Below, one piece after another: positions 12,612 to 25,596 of a stretch of 64,000 bases of DNA; within the stretch, counting starts at the first letter, position 1, and every line of letters starts with the position of its first letter. Below the pieces are notes generated by a model, which worked only from the letters and a program-made list of their open reading frames with translations, ran no database searches and was not told the origin of the DNA. Source of the stretch: Lama guanicoe (taxonomy: Eukaryota). The position numbers were made by a program, and so were the translations under genes. The stretch is taken from NCBI GenBank assembly GCA_013239625.1, contig MU053347.1, positions 92,132 through 156,131 on the forward strand. Reading direction: 5' to 3'.

Positions 12612-13169
12612 AAGCTGAAACATGAGCATCCCTGACTACCTGCAGTGCGCTGAGAACGACCAGATTCTCCCCGTGGTGGTCCAAGCCGTTGGAATCATCT
12701 CAGAGGAGAATTTCTTTTGCATCTATAAGCGAATCTCCTTGGTGAACCAGATCAGGCTGTGCGGCTCAAATTGGGCACTCGGGCACCACTATGTGCCCGA
12801 GAATGGGTGGAGAAACTTCCAGACCTACAGCAAGGTAGTGGGCCTTGTCACCATTACCGACTGCCTGTCTGCCAAGGCCTTCGGGAAGCTCCGTGTGCAG
12901 AGGAGCTGTATGGCACCGCGCTTAATGACTCTCAGCTCTTTGTCTTTGTGCTGCGTGGAGAGGTAGCCTAGCAGACGCGCACCGACGTGGCCTTCAATCT
13001 ACGAGTACTGCAGGCTGGTGAAGAGGATTGAGGATTTCACTGAGTCACTCTTCATCATGCTCAAGTCCGACTGGTTGGAAAGGGCCCCCGATAAGTCTGA
13101 GGACAAGATCCCCCTCCTCTGCACATTGTTTGAGAAGGAGGACTTCATGGGACTTGACACAGACAGCAG
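12612..13169 (+). pseudogene. TRAPPC9: Non-processed, disabled copy of TRAPPC9 (NIBP) first coding exon
   Basis: Translation across frameshifts [38 protein letters not shown]...[20 protein letters not shown]...[15 protein letters not shown]...QTRTDVAF...[14 protein letters not shown]...[23 protein letters not shown] matches recalled TRAPPC9 aa 1-195. Acceptor tcctctcccctcttggcAG at 12610-12611, ATG at 12622, donor AG|GTAAGT at 13170. Lesions: 1-nt deletion ~12901, TAG at 12969-12971, ~5-nt deletion ~12996. Confidence 0.93.
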
Positions 13170-13405
13170 GTAAGTCTACCTGGAGGCCCGGACACCCTGG
13201 CTGTGTGCCGGATTGCTTCCCTACATCCAGGAAGGGATCAGCAAGGAAGAGGGCTGTCTTGTAGCCAAGGTTGGAGGGAGGTGAAGCCGGCCGGTTTACA
13301 GACATTTAAAAGTGAATCCACCTTTCTTTCAGAGAGATTGTTTTAGTGTTAGTGTGGACACTTCCTCCCGCTTTTCAGCCAGGAACCCTGGTGGGACCCC
13401 TGGAG

Positions 13406-13729
13406 TTGCTGTCCAATAAATTAGCCACGGCCACTGATACTAGGAGCTCTGGGGAGGAGGCTGGTCTGAGCTGACATGTGCTGTAGGTCAAATGCACATC
13501 AGACGCTGAGACTTATCTAGTAAAAGCAATGTAATCTATCTTCTTACTTTCTATATTGATTACATGTCAAAATGATAGTATTTTACATACAGTAGAATAA
13601 GTAAGATCGGTTCTTAAAATCATTTTCTAATATTTGTTTTTTTGTTTGTTTGTTTCTTTGTTTACTTTTTAAATTTGGCAACTGGGAAACTTTCTTTACA
13701 TAGATCTCATTTCATTTCTGTTGGGCAGC
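13406..13729. mobile_element. MER33-like hAT-Charlie DNA transposon fossil
   Basis: TIRs gctgtccaata / tgttgggcagc. Internal tatattgattacatgtcaaaatgata..atttt matches the recalled MER33 consensus. Confidence 0.8.
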
Positions 13730-16700
13730 CTGTCCTGGGACAGTCTCATTCCTTTGCTTATACATGGGATGCTGAATCCCGAGATGCAGAACGAGGCTCT
13801 GGTTGAGCTGGGGATGGTGTTGGTGTCTCCTGCCTCCCAGGCCCAGCACCTGCACGGCTCAGGCCCTTTCTTCATGCCCGACAGCCACCATGCCAGTTTA
13901 GGATATCAGAAACACCGCCAGGGACTTCCGAATGAGCTCCTTAAGCAGGGAAAGGCATGTCACGGAGTATGGGACAGAGCAGTGAAAGATTCCTCCTCAT
14001 TCTGTCCCTGTGATTAGGTCAACGGCCCCACTTTGCCTCGGAAGTGTAGATGAGATCTTCTGGGCTGCCTAACCCCCCACATTCTGCTCTGTTTCCCCGT
14101 GTGTCTATCGTGCTGTCCCTCGGGCAGAAGAGGGTGAGATGCCTTTGCCGAGAGGTGGTCCCCCTTTGCTGGGGAGAGTGAGGGAATTTGTGTCCCCCCG
14201 GCCTACGGCCTCGGGCCTTGAGTCCGGACAGCGCTGATTGCAACCCACAGGTGACTGTTGGAGGACCTGGCATGTGATGCCGGGACCGCTATGGAGGCAG
14301 TGCTCTGTGATTCTTGAAGTTACATAAGATCAGATCCTACTTTCTGGTTATTGGTCAGTTGGAGGAGAAGATGCCAGAGAATTGATAAAAAGAAATTCCA
14401 GACCAGCCCTGTGAGTGAGAGGCACAGGGGACCCGAGTCCCACCTGCGTGTGGTGTCTGGCGAACTATGGATTAATTTTCAGTTCCTCCCAGGAAATTCC
14501 TCTATGGCTTAAGGAAAGGGCAAGGAATTTCGTGGCCATGATCTGTACTTGTCTTCACAGGGACCTGTGATCTACATGTCCTCACTCCCCTTCTGCTCCT
14601 TGGAGTTGAGGTGGCAAGTTTAGGAGCCTGGGCACTGCTGAAGGCACAGCTACCAGCATCAGGCTTCGCCCAGACTGGCCCCGTTCACCTCACCTGTCAC
14701 CTCCTGCTGAGCCCCTAGGCATCAGTCAAGGTAGGTGCATAAGTGCAACGTAAGCAGGGACCACCTTCTCCCCCTGGACACACTGGTTGGTGAGCAGTGG
14801 AAGCCTAGAACCATGCCCCGGTCCCCTGGCCAGTGCCTCGTCTTTTGTCATAGGAGGCACTGGTGACATTTTTGCTTAGCAACTGCTTGGCTCTGAGTCT
14901 GCAGACCCACCAGAGAATGCCAGCTTGTTTTTGCCTTTTGAAGTCTGTCCTCGGGATTTGGCAGAGTAGCTGGATGTGTGCTTAGCCCATAGTGGTCGAC
15001 ACTGTCACCATTGTTTACCAGAACCTCGTGTACCAGGCATGGCTCCTGGCATCAAAATACAGCAGCGCATTAAAACTGCCTCCTGGTGGGTCTGTCTGTT
15101 TTGGTACAATAAGCGCCCAGCCAGCATCTGAGCGTCAGTGAGGTAACGCGGCCAGTGAGCTCAGGTCAAGCACGTTCTCCTCCAGTCACTTTTACTCCTT
15201 GTTCCTTTTACTATTCCACAGTCATTAATTTATAAAAGAATGCTTTGGTGCAGGAGCAGAGCCTAATTTTCTCCTGCTACTCTTGGTGGGAGTGAGTAAA
15301 ACTGTCTAGCCTGAAATGCGACCACATTTTGTAGCTCAAAAGCTATCTAGACGCATGTTGGTGGAGTTTTGGTTGGGGGCTCTGACCACGTTGGTGTCCC
15401 CCGGTAGCGCTGCTCCCCACAGGCCCCTGCCTTCCCTGGAGCAGGAGGTGATAGTGGGTCTCACCGACCCCACGTCCCTGTCCTCATCACACTCACGTAA
15501 GTTCTTGTACAGGCTGTCAAAGTCATTTTTCTTCTTGTGTGTTTCTAATTTTTGCTTGTTCCGCTTTTCCTTTTTCTTTTTTCCTTTTTCTCTTGTACTG
15601 CCCAGTGAGCATGTTGTTGCGTCTGAAAAGGTGGGCTGTGCACACCCTGCATTGGAAGTAGCTAGATCGCCCTCCGTGCTGTCTCCATCGCTTTAAAAAG
15701 CAAAAACTTAACAACTGCCTTGATCCATGTATTATCCTAGTCATCTATTTATTTTCTAATTTTTTGGAATATTTGCTTTGTTAGCACATCACCAACTGGT
15801 GTTTGATACCTGTTAAAATCCTTGCTTTGAGGAACCTGTTTGGTCCTCCTTATATTTGGTAACAAATGCTCCCTTATTAGATTTGTTTGTTTGTTTTGAA
15901 GAAGTGAGATGTGAATTGAATTAGGCTGCTGCTGAGGGATTCTTTTCATGGAGTATTTAAATTTGGAAAGTCAAAGTCTGCAGCAGCTTGCTCGATTTCT
16001 GCTTTTGCACAAACGTGCTTGGCATGTGGTTCCTAGCTGTCGCTGTGTGACGTGCGTGACGGCGCTGCCTGGCCGGCGGTCACTGGTGAGGAAGTGGCCA
16101 GCTCGGGGGTGAGCAGCTGCAGGGGACGCTGTGGGAGGAAGCATTAAGTTTTTTTTTTGCACTTCCACGTGCCATTTACTTTGCCTTCATAAATGGGCAG
16201 AATTGGGTCTAAAATCCATGCCACTCTTTTGTTTCCTTTACGAGGCTGTTTTTTCTGAGTATCAGGACAACATGGCCTTCTCCTTAGTAGCTGGCTCACC
16301 TGGATCTGGTGGACAGAGGGACCACTAAAGGGGACCGTGGCTTCCTCTGTGCTTCAGCCAGTGGGCATGCAGAGCCAGGTCTGTGGTTTGGCTCAGCAGC
16401 CATGCAGGCCTCCCTGCACAGGACTTTACCTTTAACACATGTTAGCAGTAAATAGCTGACTCCGTGTCTGTTGCAGCTGACGTCCACCACTGACGGCCGT
16501 GACGTTAGTTTGCGGTAGTGACTTTCCAACACCCCAGTCAGCCGTGTAGGAAGAAGCTTTGACCTACCTAGGACCTTGGATTCTCACCCCCACCCTGGTT
16601 CATCTCAGTCGGGGGAAGGGTTTGGCCACCACCGTCATGCTGGCCATGAGGCCTTGTTTGTCCTTTCATGCTCTGGTCCAAATGTGGACACTTCATCGTT

Positions 16701-19700
16701 CACTGACTTGGTCTCGCTTGAGACAGGCCAGACTTTCTGAAAGAGTCCATCACATTCTCGGGGGGAACAGAACAGATTTAAGTGTCGCAAGTAGAAGGAG
16801 TCTAGGCTGTCCGGGTTGGCAAATGCAGGCTGGGATCTGTGATGGCTGGGCTGTGCCCTGGACACAGACCTTTTCTGTGGCTTCCGAGAGCCCAGGGGTT
16901 GGAGTGAGAACAGCCTTGCCTGGGTTCCCCCATCCTCATCTGCTCTCTGGCAAGTGTGTCTGCTAATTAGGAGCTTCCCCAGCCCTCAGGCCCTTCAAAG
17001 TTCAGACCATGGAAGAACCTTGAGTCACTTCTCCTGGTCCTCCTTGGTGAGAATCGAGTGCCTTCTGAGGTGACCTGTACCAGGAGATGCCTCCCCCTCC
17101 AGGGAGCACCCTTCGGAGGACTGTGACTCACTGCACCACGCTATGAGCTTGTGGGGTTCCGGCCGTGGTCCCTGCAGAACCAGACTTGAGATTGGCTTAG
17201 CGATGGAAATGACAAGACAGATTCCAGGGCAGGGCTGGGGGGAGGGAACAGGGGAAATTTAGTGTGACCTCAAACACCTAGGTGGGTGCTGGGGCTGTTA
17301 CTAAAATTGGGCGCCTGGGAGGTACCTGCCAGGAATCGAATTCCAGAGTAAATGGTGGACATGAGGCATTTTTAAGATGCCATTTGTTATCCAAGTTAGG
17401 ACTTCAAAGAGGCACTCGGGTCTATGAGCCTGGGGCTCAGGTGAGGAGCCGGACTAGAGATACACGTTGGGAGTCGTCATTCTTAGCTGGTGTTCACAGC
17501 CGTGTAGGTGGATGAGCTAATCTCTAGAGCTGCAGACTAAAGCTGAGGGGGGACAGAGCTGTGCCACGGTTGGAGGAAAGCCCAGACCATGCAGCTTTGG
17601 TGTGTCAGTCAGCGGCGTTTGCGATTTTCAGAGCAATGCGATTTGTCCTTAAGGGGCTGGGGGTTGGGCAGGGCCACCCAGGAAGAAATCTGAAGGGAAG
17701 GTTGTGGCCACGTGTGCGCGTCTTGGGAAGATCCAGAGGCTGCAGGGTCCTCAAGAGGAGACTCCTCAGAAGCTAGAGTTGGAGTGGGGAGTGGGGAGAA
17801 GGTAGTCACACTCACCTGTGAGAGAGGGAGGGAGGCCTAGGGAGACCCCACCTTACCGGACTCGCTTTCCCATGAACAGAAGGCAATCAGACAGAGGATC
17901 TGAGATGAGAAGGGATGGGCTCTGGGTGAGGAGCCAACCTGGAGGATGGTGCTTAGACAGTTCTGGAATAGTCTCCCTGCAAAATAGAGTTAAAAAATCT
18001 CAGAATCTTAAGAACATTGATCATGACTGGGGAGGAGACAGTCCTTTTACTGGCCTCCTAAGGGTAAGGCATGTATCTGGGGATACACAGAAGAATCAGG
18101 CAGTCTGTTCCGGGGGCTTGACCCTTAAAAGGGGGAACAGAGCAAGTTTAAAGGGGGAGAAGGGCAGTGGAGGGAAACTAGCCCGGCCCCATGTCAGGTA
18201 CCAGTTGGCCGCGCTACTTGCGTGTTGCATTCACATCCATGCCTCTCATGTGGTCGGTGGCAGCCCCCTTTTGAAGGTTGGGAAGCCTTCTCAGAGGGAT
18301 TAAGGAATTGGTCCGTTTAGCGGCTAGTGAATGCTGTAGCAGGATTCAAGCAGGGCATTGGCAGACTTCAAGGTCATGTTTTCTCTACTAATTCTGGTAC
18401 CTCCCTGCTGTACCTGGAATGGTGAAGGGGGTCAGTTTTGGAGCCTTTCAGAAAAAGTGCGATTTATGTGCCTCAGGACTGTTTCACAAAGCTCAGTGTT
18501 CTTTGATGGTTTGGAAGCACCGCAGTGCTTTTCGCCCCACAGAGGAGGTCTTATTGACGATGACGTGGTTGCAAATGACGTACAGTTGCAAAACCAGACT
18601 TAGCAGCTTCTGAAGGGAAACTCTCCAGTTCTCCCTTGATAGGCTTTCTTCCGCGGGATGTCACTGTGCTGCAGCGTAGGCCTGATGTTTCCGTATGGAG
18701 TGAGGGTTTGATATCCAAAGTTAGCATAAAGTTTTCAGATGATGAAAATCGACGTTGACAATTTATTTTTGGGTTTCATTAGACAAGGTATACTATCAGT
18801 TCATGGCCCATATAGCGAATGAAATGGAGTACAGAATATTGCATTTCTTCCTTTCTATTTAGAGTTCTCTTAGAGCATAAGGCTGCCTGCTTTGGAACAT
18901 CAGTTCCACCACCAGGGCGCCAGTCAGTGTGTTGGTGTGATTGCATTTACACAGTGAATGTAATCTGGGCTTCCTCAGCCCCAAAAACTCCAGTGCAGAA
19001 TCACGGGCTGTAGCTATCTGTTAGTCACGCAAATACTTCTAAAATTATATGATGATAGAAAAGAAAGAAGAGCGAGAGAGAGATTGCCTTTATTAAATGT
19101 CCTTTCAATTCTAACTGCAAACTGTTGTTGAGCAGCTTTGGCTTCCTTTGGATATGAATATATTCATTTCTTTGCATGTAACCTGGGTTTTGGATTAGAA
19201 CACCAAGCTCTTGTCGTCCACAAGACACAAAAATAGTAGCCAAATTGCACACGTGTGAAATATTTTATTCTTTTCTTCTGAGAAATAAACCTTGAATTTG
19301 TGACTTGGGCTGTGATTTTTGCTTTTTGCTTCTCCCACCCCTCTTGTAATCTCTCACTCCTTCACACGTGGCCCCCAAGAGGTTGTGGTCTCAAAGGAGC
19401 GGGCAAACACCCAGTTGGTCGCCATGCAGTGCTGTTGTAGATGGAGCCCAGCCAAGACCTAAAGGACATCAGAGAGGACTTCCTGGAAGAAATGGGCTCT
19501 ACATTCAGTTGTGAGGACATAGTAAGTGTCAGCCAGGAGAAGGAATCAAACGGATGGCTCACGTGGCAGGTGCAGCCCGGGCAGACGCCTGGAGGCTTGT
19601 GGGGTGGGGACTCGGGGAGAGTACATTGTGTGGTCCAGTATGGAGGGTGCCCTGCTGGGGAGGAAACTGGAGAGGACCTGGGAGGAGGGCTTTGGAAGAG

Positions 19701-19854
19701 GTTGGGTTTTACTAGAACTGACACAGGAGGCAGTGAAGGGTGTCAGCAAGAAGTGACCATCAGGAAAGTTACTTCTGGTTTTGCTTCTGATATTCTACAG
19801 AAAGAAGGGCTGGGAAGGGCGAGAGCAGGTATCTCTGTCCCTTTGAGACCCACC

Positions 19855-20240
19855 CTGTCATTCATTTATTCATAAAACGAGCACTTCTGAGTGTCTAGAG
19901 GAGAGAGGGTGGACCCACATTAGTAAGCAAAATGTATTTGCTTCTTGGGAGCTTAGCAGTGTCAGAAGTTGACTTAGCCTAGAATGTTCTAGTAACAGAG
20001 GAACGAAATGCGGAAATTGGAGGGAGGGAAGGCTTTCTTGAGAAACAATCAAAATGAGCCTGGAGGCAAGTGAGAAGTAGGAGCAAGTCAGGGGGCCCCT
20101 GAGGTCACTGGGGACCTGGGTACTGAGGTGAAGCTGGGCGAGCAGTGTCGCGGGGGCTAGAACTCCACCAGGGAGCCTCTGAAGGGTTTGAAGTGGTGGT
20201 GATGTAATCAAATTTGTGATTTGGGAAGGCTGCCCTGGCT
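19855..20240 (-). mobile_element. L2 LINE fragment
   Basis: cattcatttattcataaa (L2 tail), ggaaggctttcttgag, gggagcctctgaagggtttgaag, ggaaggctgccctggct. Confidence 0.7.
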
Positions 20241-20241
20241 C

Positions 20242-20278
20242 TGTGTGTGTGTGTGTGTGTATGTGTGTGTGTGTGTGT
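20242..20278. repeat. (TG)n microsatellite
   Basis: Direct inspection. Confidence 0.95.
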
Positions 20279-21332
20279 AGCGGGGAAAAGGGGGAGGGTG
20301 CCACCAACTGGGGGGGTGTCATTAGAAGACCATTCACAGGCTGGGAGGTGACCCGTGGGAGAGTGGCGTTGGGGCTCCTTGGGGACGGCAAGGGCAGTGT
20401 GGATGCCGGATTTCCTTATGGGGTGGGCTTGTTAGCGGGGCTGCCCTAGCGGCGCATTTTGGCTGGAAGAAAACAGATGGAGGCCGCCAGGTGGACTTTC
20501 CTCTTCTCTCCTTCCCTGCCTTGTGTGATGATCTTAGCTCAGCCAACATTTGGAACAGAAGAGCTAAGTTCCAGGGTAGCCCAGGACTTTGTTGAGCTCG
20601 TTCGAGGGAGATCTGATAGGATTTAGGTTTGTGTTCAGATCTGCATGTTCACTTAGCTAGAAATGTCCCATCTTTTGGATTTCCATAGGCGTTTTATTCT
20701 TGATAAAAATTGCTTTCTTGGTGAGAGGAAATTTAATACAGCTGTTATCTTTCTCAAAAAAAAATCATATCTTTTAAGAACATTAATATTCAAAAGACTA
20801 GGAATATATAAAAATGATAAAGTAAGACTTTGGTGTAGTTTCTTTGGTTTCTGAGTTAATATGGGCTTATAGCCTTCGCATTACTTAATAGCACATCCTT
20901 GTCAGTATGTAAAAAATAGATGTTAGTGAGTGCCCCAGGCCCCACCTCTCAAAGCATCATTAAAGTTTGCTCTGAAATAGTGAGGTCATAAAGGTCTTGT
21001 TTGCAGAAGCCAAACGGTTTATAAAATGCAGCATAGCTCCCTATATAAAATATTAATAGGATCAACATTAAGAAAGTGGAAGATAATTGTTTTTTTTTTA
21101 AAGCTGAAACATAAACTTTCTTGTGCTAATGTTGCAATTGGTAATTTTGAAAAGAAAAATCCTACTGTAATATCATCTACATTGAATATATGTGTGCCTT
21201 AAACATTTCAAAAGTAACTGCGCAGTGGTTTTTGAAGTCAGGAGCATTCCAGCTCAGATAGTGGCAAGGATGGTTGCTGGTTTTGAATGGAAGAGCCTGA
21301 ATTTGCCTTCCTAGGTTTTTTTTTTTTTTTTT

Positions 21333-21371
21333 NNNNNNNNNNNNNNNNNNNNNNNNNNNNNNNNNNNNNNN
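21333..21371. other. Assembly gap after poly-T
   Basis: N run. Confidence 1.
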
Positions 21372-21894
21372 CATGATATTGATTTAGGGGCAGATGTCGT
21401 GTACCAGCAGTGAGATATTTCCATGCATTTTATTTTCCGGACATCACCAGGGCACTTGTGGGGTTTGTGCCTGCAGGCTGGGATGCTGCAAGACTCCCAG
21501 ATCCATCACCATTATGTCGTGGAGCTGCTCCAGTCAGTGAATGATTTTCTGTGGCTTGGAGGTAAGGTGGTCTGATGCAGATGATCAGATGTGTAGTTAA
21601 GGTGTTATTACTTGAAATAAGAGAAATCAAGAAACATGGCTCTAAAAATACAGGATGAGGGAGGAGAACTGTCAGAGCTGCTTGCAGTGGGGCGTCTTCT
21701 CAGGTGACTCCCTCACCGTGATTCCTGCCAATATCCGCCTCAGCCCTGCACGATAGTCCTGCCGAAGCAAGCATGCACTTTGCTCAGAAACGCACTGAAT
21801 TTCCTTGTGCCTCTGTTGACTATTTTTTTACAGCACATCTTGCCCTTTGCTTAATTGCCATCCCTGCTACTCACCTCTTAAACTCATTTTCTGG

Positions 21895-22490
21895 ACTTCG
21901 TCCATACATAGCTGTTGAATGGATGAACAGAATGTAGTATCTCCATGTAGTGGAACATTATTCAGACATAAGTGTGAATAAAAATGAAAAAAAAAATTGA
22001 GAGGAAAATGAAAAAGGCCACCTGTTCTGGGAAGTCCACCCTGACTGCTCAACCAGAACTTTTCCCTTTGAAACCCAATCCCTTATGCTCCACTCTACTC
22101 TTTTTGATAGTACTTACCACCTTCTAATAAACTTTAACGTTTTCAAAAAAAGAGAAAGAGATACTGATACCACTTCAACATGGCCGTGCCTTGATAACAG
22201 CATGTTAATTGAAAAAAAGCAGACACAAACGGCCACATATTGTTGATTTCAGTGATCTGAAATGCCCAGAAAAGGCACATGCAGAGGCAGACAGCAGGTG
22301 TTGGTTGCAAGGGGCTTGTGAAGGGGGGATGGGGAGTGACTGCTAGTGGACAGGGGGTTTCTTTTGGGATGATGGAGTGTTCTGGAAATAGATGGTGGTG
22401 AGGGCTGCACAGCAGTGAGTTTGCAGAAGACTGCTGAGCGCTGTCTCTGGGAGTGCCTGTTGTAGGGCGGCTGTATATTGTTCTCATCCT
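21895..22490 (+). mobile_element. L1MB-like 3' end, interrupted
   Basis: gaatggatgaacagaatgtagtatctcca...aaggcac...gggagtgactgctagtggacagggggtttcttttgggatgatgg..tgttctggaa. Confidence 0.75.
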
Positions 22491-23514
22491 GCAATGTGAA
22501 GAGTCATCTGGTGCTGTGGCATTTCTACTCCTGTGAGAGGTGAGGCTCTGAGAATTTGCAGAGTCATTTTTCTTTTTTCCCCCTTGCTAAGTGTAGGCAA
22601 AAAAGGTTTAAGCCTGAGAAATTGCTCCATCTGTAGAAATGTATTTCAGTTTTGCATGGTGTAAGAATCTTGTGAGCTTTTATCGTTGAGGACAGTCTGT
22701 GGGGGGAAATAGCCCGTGAAGCCTGGGTGAGACCGGGATGAGCCGCGCTTTCTTCCCTGACAAGGGTGCGGGTTTCACCCCCTTTCATGCAGTGAAGTGC
22801 CAGACCCGTGAGCGGAGTTGACACTCGTGAATATTTACGTGTATCCACTGCTTCATCTTGGATATTAATTTCAAGCTGAGTCAGTTTGTGGCCGCAGCCT
22901 CATCCTACATCAGGAATTCATAGTATCTGCTCTTTGAGGTGAAGACCAGACAGACTTGATTTTTTAACAGTCTCCCTTGAATTGATATCTCAGATTCCTT
23001 TGTCAGAAGCAAAACAACAGAAATACCGACATCCTTTAATGCCAATGTGACCTGGAATGGGTTTAGTCTCAGTGCCTCAGTGGCCTTATCTGCAGGTGGA
23101 GAAGATGATAACAGTGCTTCCCTCAGAGGGGCTGGTGAGGGGGAAGTGAGAAGCACAAATGGAGGACTTACACTAGATCCTCATGAATGACCGAATTTAG
23201 TGCTCTCAGCCTTGTGAGGCCTCAGGGGCAGAGATGTCAGAACAAAGCAGTCCTAGCCGGAGCTCGATTTGCGTTGGCAGCTGTTACAATCACTATCACC
23301 ACTGTGGGTTATCAGGTAGTTTTAAGACATGGTAATATGAATTCTTAAATAATGTTAAAAGAATAGACAACTCAGATTCGGTTTACATAGTTCTCAAGAT
23401 CTCCTCTGAGAAATGGGTGTTTTTTTCCCCATCTTAAATCTGAGTTGATTCTCTAAAAAAATTGTGTATTCTTCCATCATTTTGCTTTAATTCTCCATTT
23501 CTTATAAAAAAAAG

Positions 23515-23598
23515 TTTTTAAATGGAGTTATTGGGGACTGAATTGAGGGCCTCATGCATGCTAAACACATACTCTCCCAAATGAGGTATAATCTCCCT
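23515..23598 (-). mobile_element. Camelid Vic-1-type SINE, degenerate
   Basis: aatggagttattggggactgaa...ctcatgcatgctaaacacatactct. Confidence 0.75.
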
Positions 23599-25596
23599 CT
23601 GATTTTTTTTAAACTTTAATTTCTTAATTTTCAGAGGTTACAGGCCTCTAATTCTTTTTCTGGAGGCTTGTCCATGAACCTGTAAGTCTATAATTAATGG
23701 ACAAAATTGGTTTATTAAAAACATCAATAGAATATTCTGCAATCCACTCCAAAAGGAAATGCTCTTTGACTTAAAAATGTTTCTCCTTTATGGTGATTTC
23801 TTCTTTTTGGTCTAGCTTAATTTATTAACAGGCATCCTCATCATCATAATGACCAAACTCGCTGTGAGTGAACACCTACCTGAAGCTAAAATGCTTTCCT
23901 CATGTTTTACTTCAGTGCAGGTGTTTGAGTGTAGGTATCAGTGTCTCCTTTTTTGCAGCTGAGGGATTGAGAGATGGAGCAGCTTGTCCCACATCACAGG
24001 CAGCTGGCGGTGGCTAGCTGGGTGCTGGAACCCTGGCTGCACAGGATGCATTCATAATTGCTCCTCTTATCAGCCTCCCTTTGAGGGGTTTCTGAAATCC
24101 TCTGAGTCCATAAATGGCCGGTTTTAGTGATCTCAGCCTGATGAGGCCTTGAAAGGAGAGACACCAGTGAGAATGTGAGACAGAGTGGCATACATTAAAA
24201 TTGTACATTTTCACAAATGTTTTATTCTCAGGTAATGACTTAAAAATTTATTATTTTTTTTATTTTAGTGCTCTGTAAGCACTAAAAACAAAAGATTAAA
24301 AGTAATTATAGTGCAAAAGAGAAGTGGGTTTGAAAATCCAACCATTGCTCTAGATGTTGCTTGTTTTTCTCTAGTGGCTCTTATTGACAGAAATACAAAG
24401 ACTGAATTGGTTTTATGTAGTCTTAGTATGGAAGAAAAGATTGTCAGTGAATATTATAAGTAAAATCTTTACTATTTTCTTTCCTGATGATGAATATGTA
24501 AGTTGTTTTCATGGCTTAAGTACATTTCTTCATTTGTGAAATTTGAGTGATATCTTTTACCTTGTCTGACTGTGAGAGTTAGACGCCTTGTATACAAAGC
24601 ACCCAAGAGGTTCTTAATAAAAATATGCTGTCACAATGACAGATAGTTTAGAAGGATCAACTCTGAATACTAAAGAGGGTGGCTTATTTCTGATGCATAT
24701 TCAATATGCATATATATGATATATATTAATATGGTTTAAAGTAAAAGGATTCTTTCTTTTTAGCCTGAGAAATTGCAGTATGAACTTTTAATGAAATCTG
24801 TATCATTCTAGTGAGACAGGGACTAGTTAAATTGCCTTAAGCAGACAACAGTGAAGATTATTTACTCAGAATAAGTATTGTTACAACTCAGAATTCATGT
24901 TGCCGTGTAACCATCCACTCAGACATTTAAATTCGTGTGATTCTGAACAGATCCATTAAGTTTAGAAAAATCCACATTGATCATTTTCAGGGAGTAAGCT
25001 TCTCTCTTTTGTGCTTAAAGAAAATTTTAATTTTTTCCCTGCACTCTTAACACGTTTAAAATATGAAAATATTGATTTGACGTGTCACTTTTAATAGAGA
25101 GAATAAAGCTCATGCTGTTTTATTATGTAAATAAATGTTTTTGTATTTCAAAAAATTTGTATGATTTCCTGGCTCTTTGAGAAGTATTTTGCAAGATACT
25201 TAGATTACCTACTGTTGGAAAAATACAGACGGGACATTTATGAATATAGGTCTAGTACAGATCTGTTGGTTTTTGCTACAGTGCAAGACATGAGGCCTAG
25301 GAGAGCTTTGCTGCTGATTGCCAGGAGGACAGATCTCAGGTCTCAGTCTCCCCTCCTGTAAAATGAAGTGGCTGGACTGTATTCTTTCCTCTTCTAAGAA
25401 GAGTTTCTATGAGCCTATGTCTTTTGTTTATATTCAGGACTATTAGCAATATCAGATTAAATACTGAATAGTCCTTCTTTCCCCCCGAAGCAAAGTGTAG
25501 TATGTGATACGTAAGCTTTTACTTACCTGATTCTCGTTTCTGTTCCTACAGGCAATTTTTGTGTTGCATGTTTACCAGGAACCTGGAAGGTCTTTT

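Noticed and set aside
12612..13169. Functional TRAPPC9 gene, or a processed retrocopy
   Set aside because: It has frameshifts, a nonsense codon and heavy divergence in a normally conserved protein, and no further exons were seen. Homology ends at splice sites with no polyA tail, so it is not a retrocopy.
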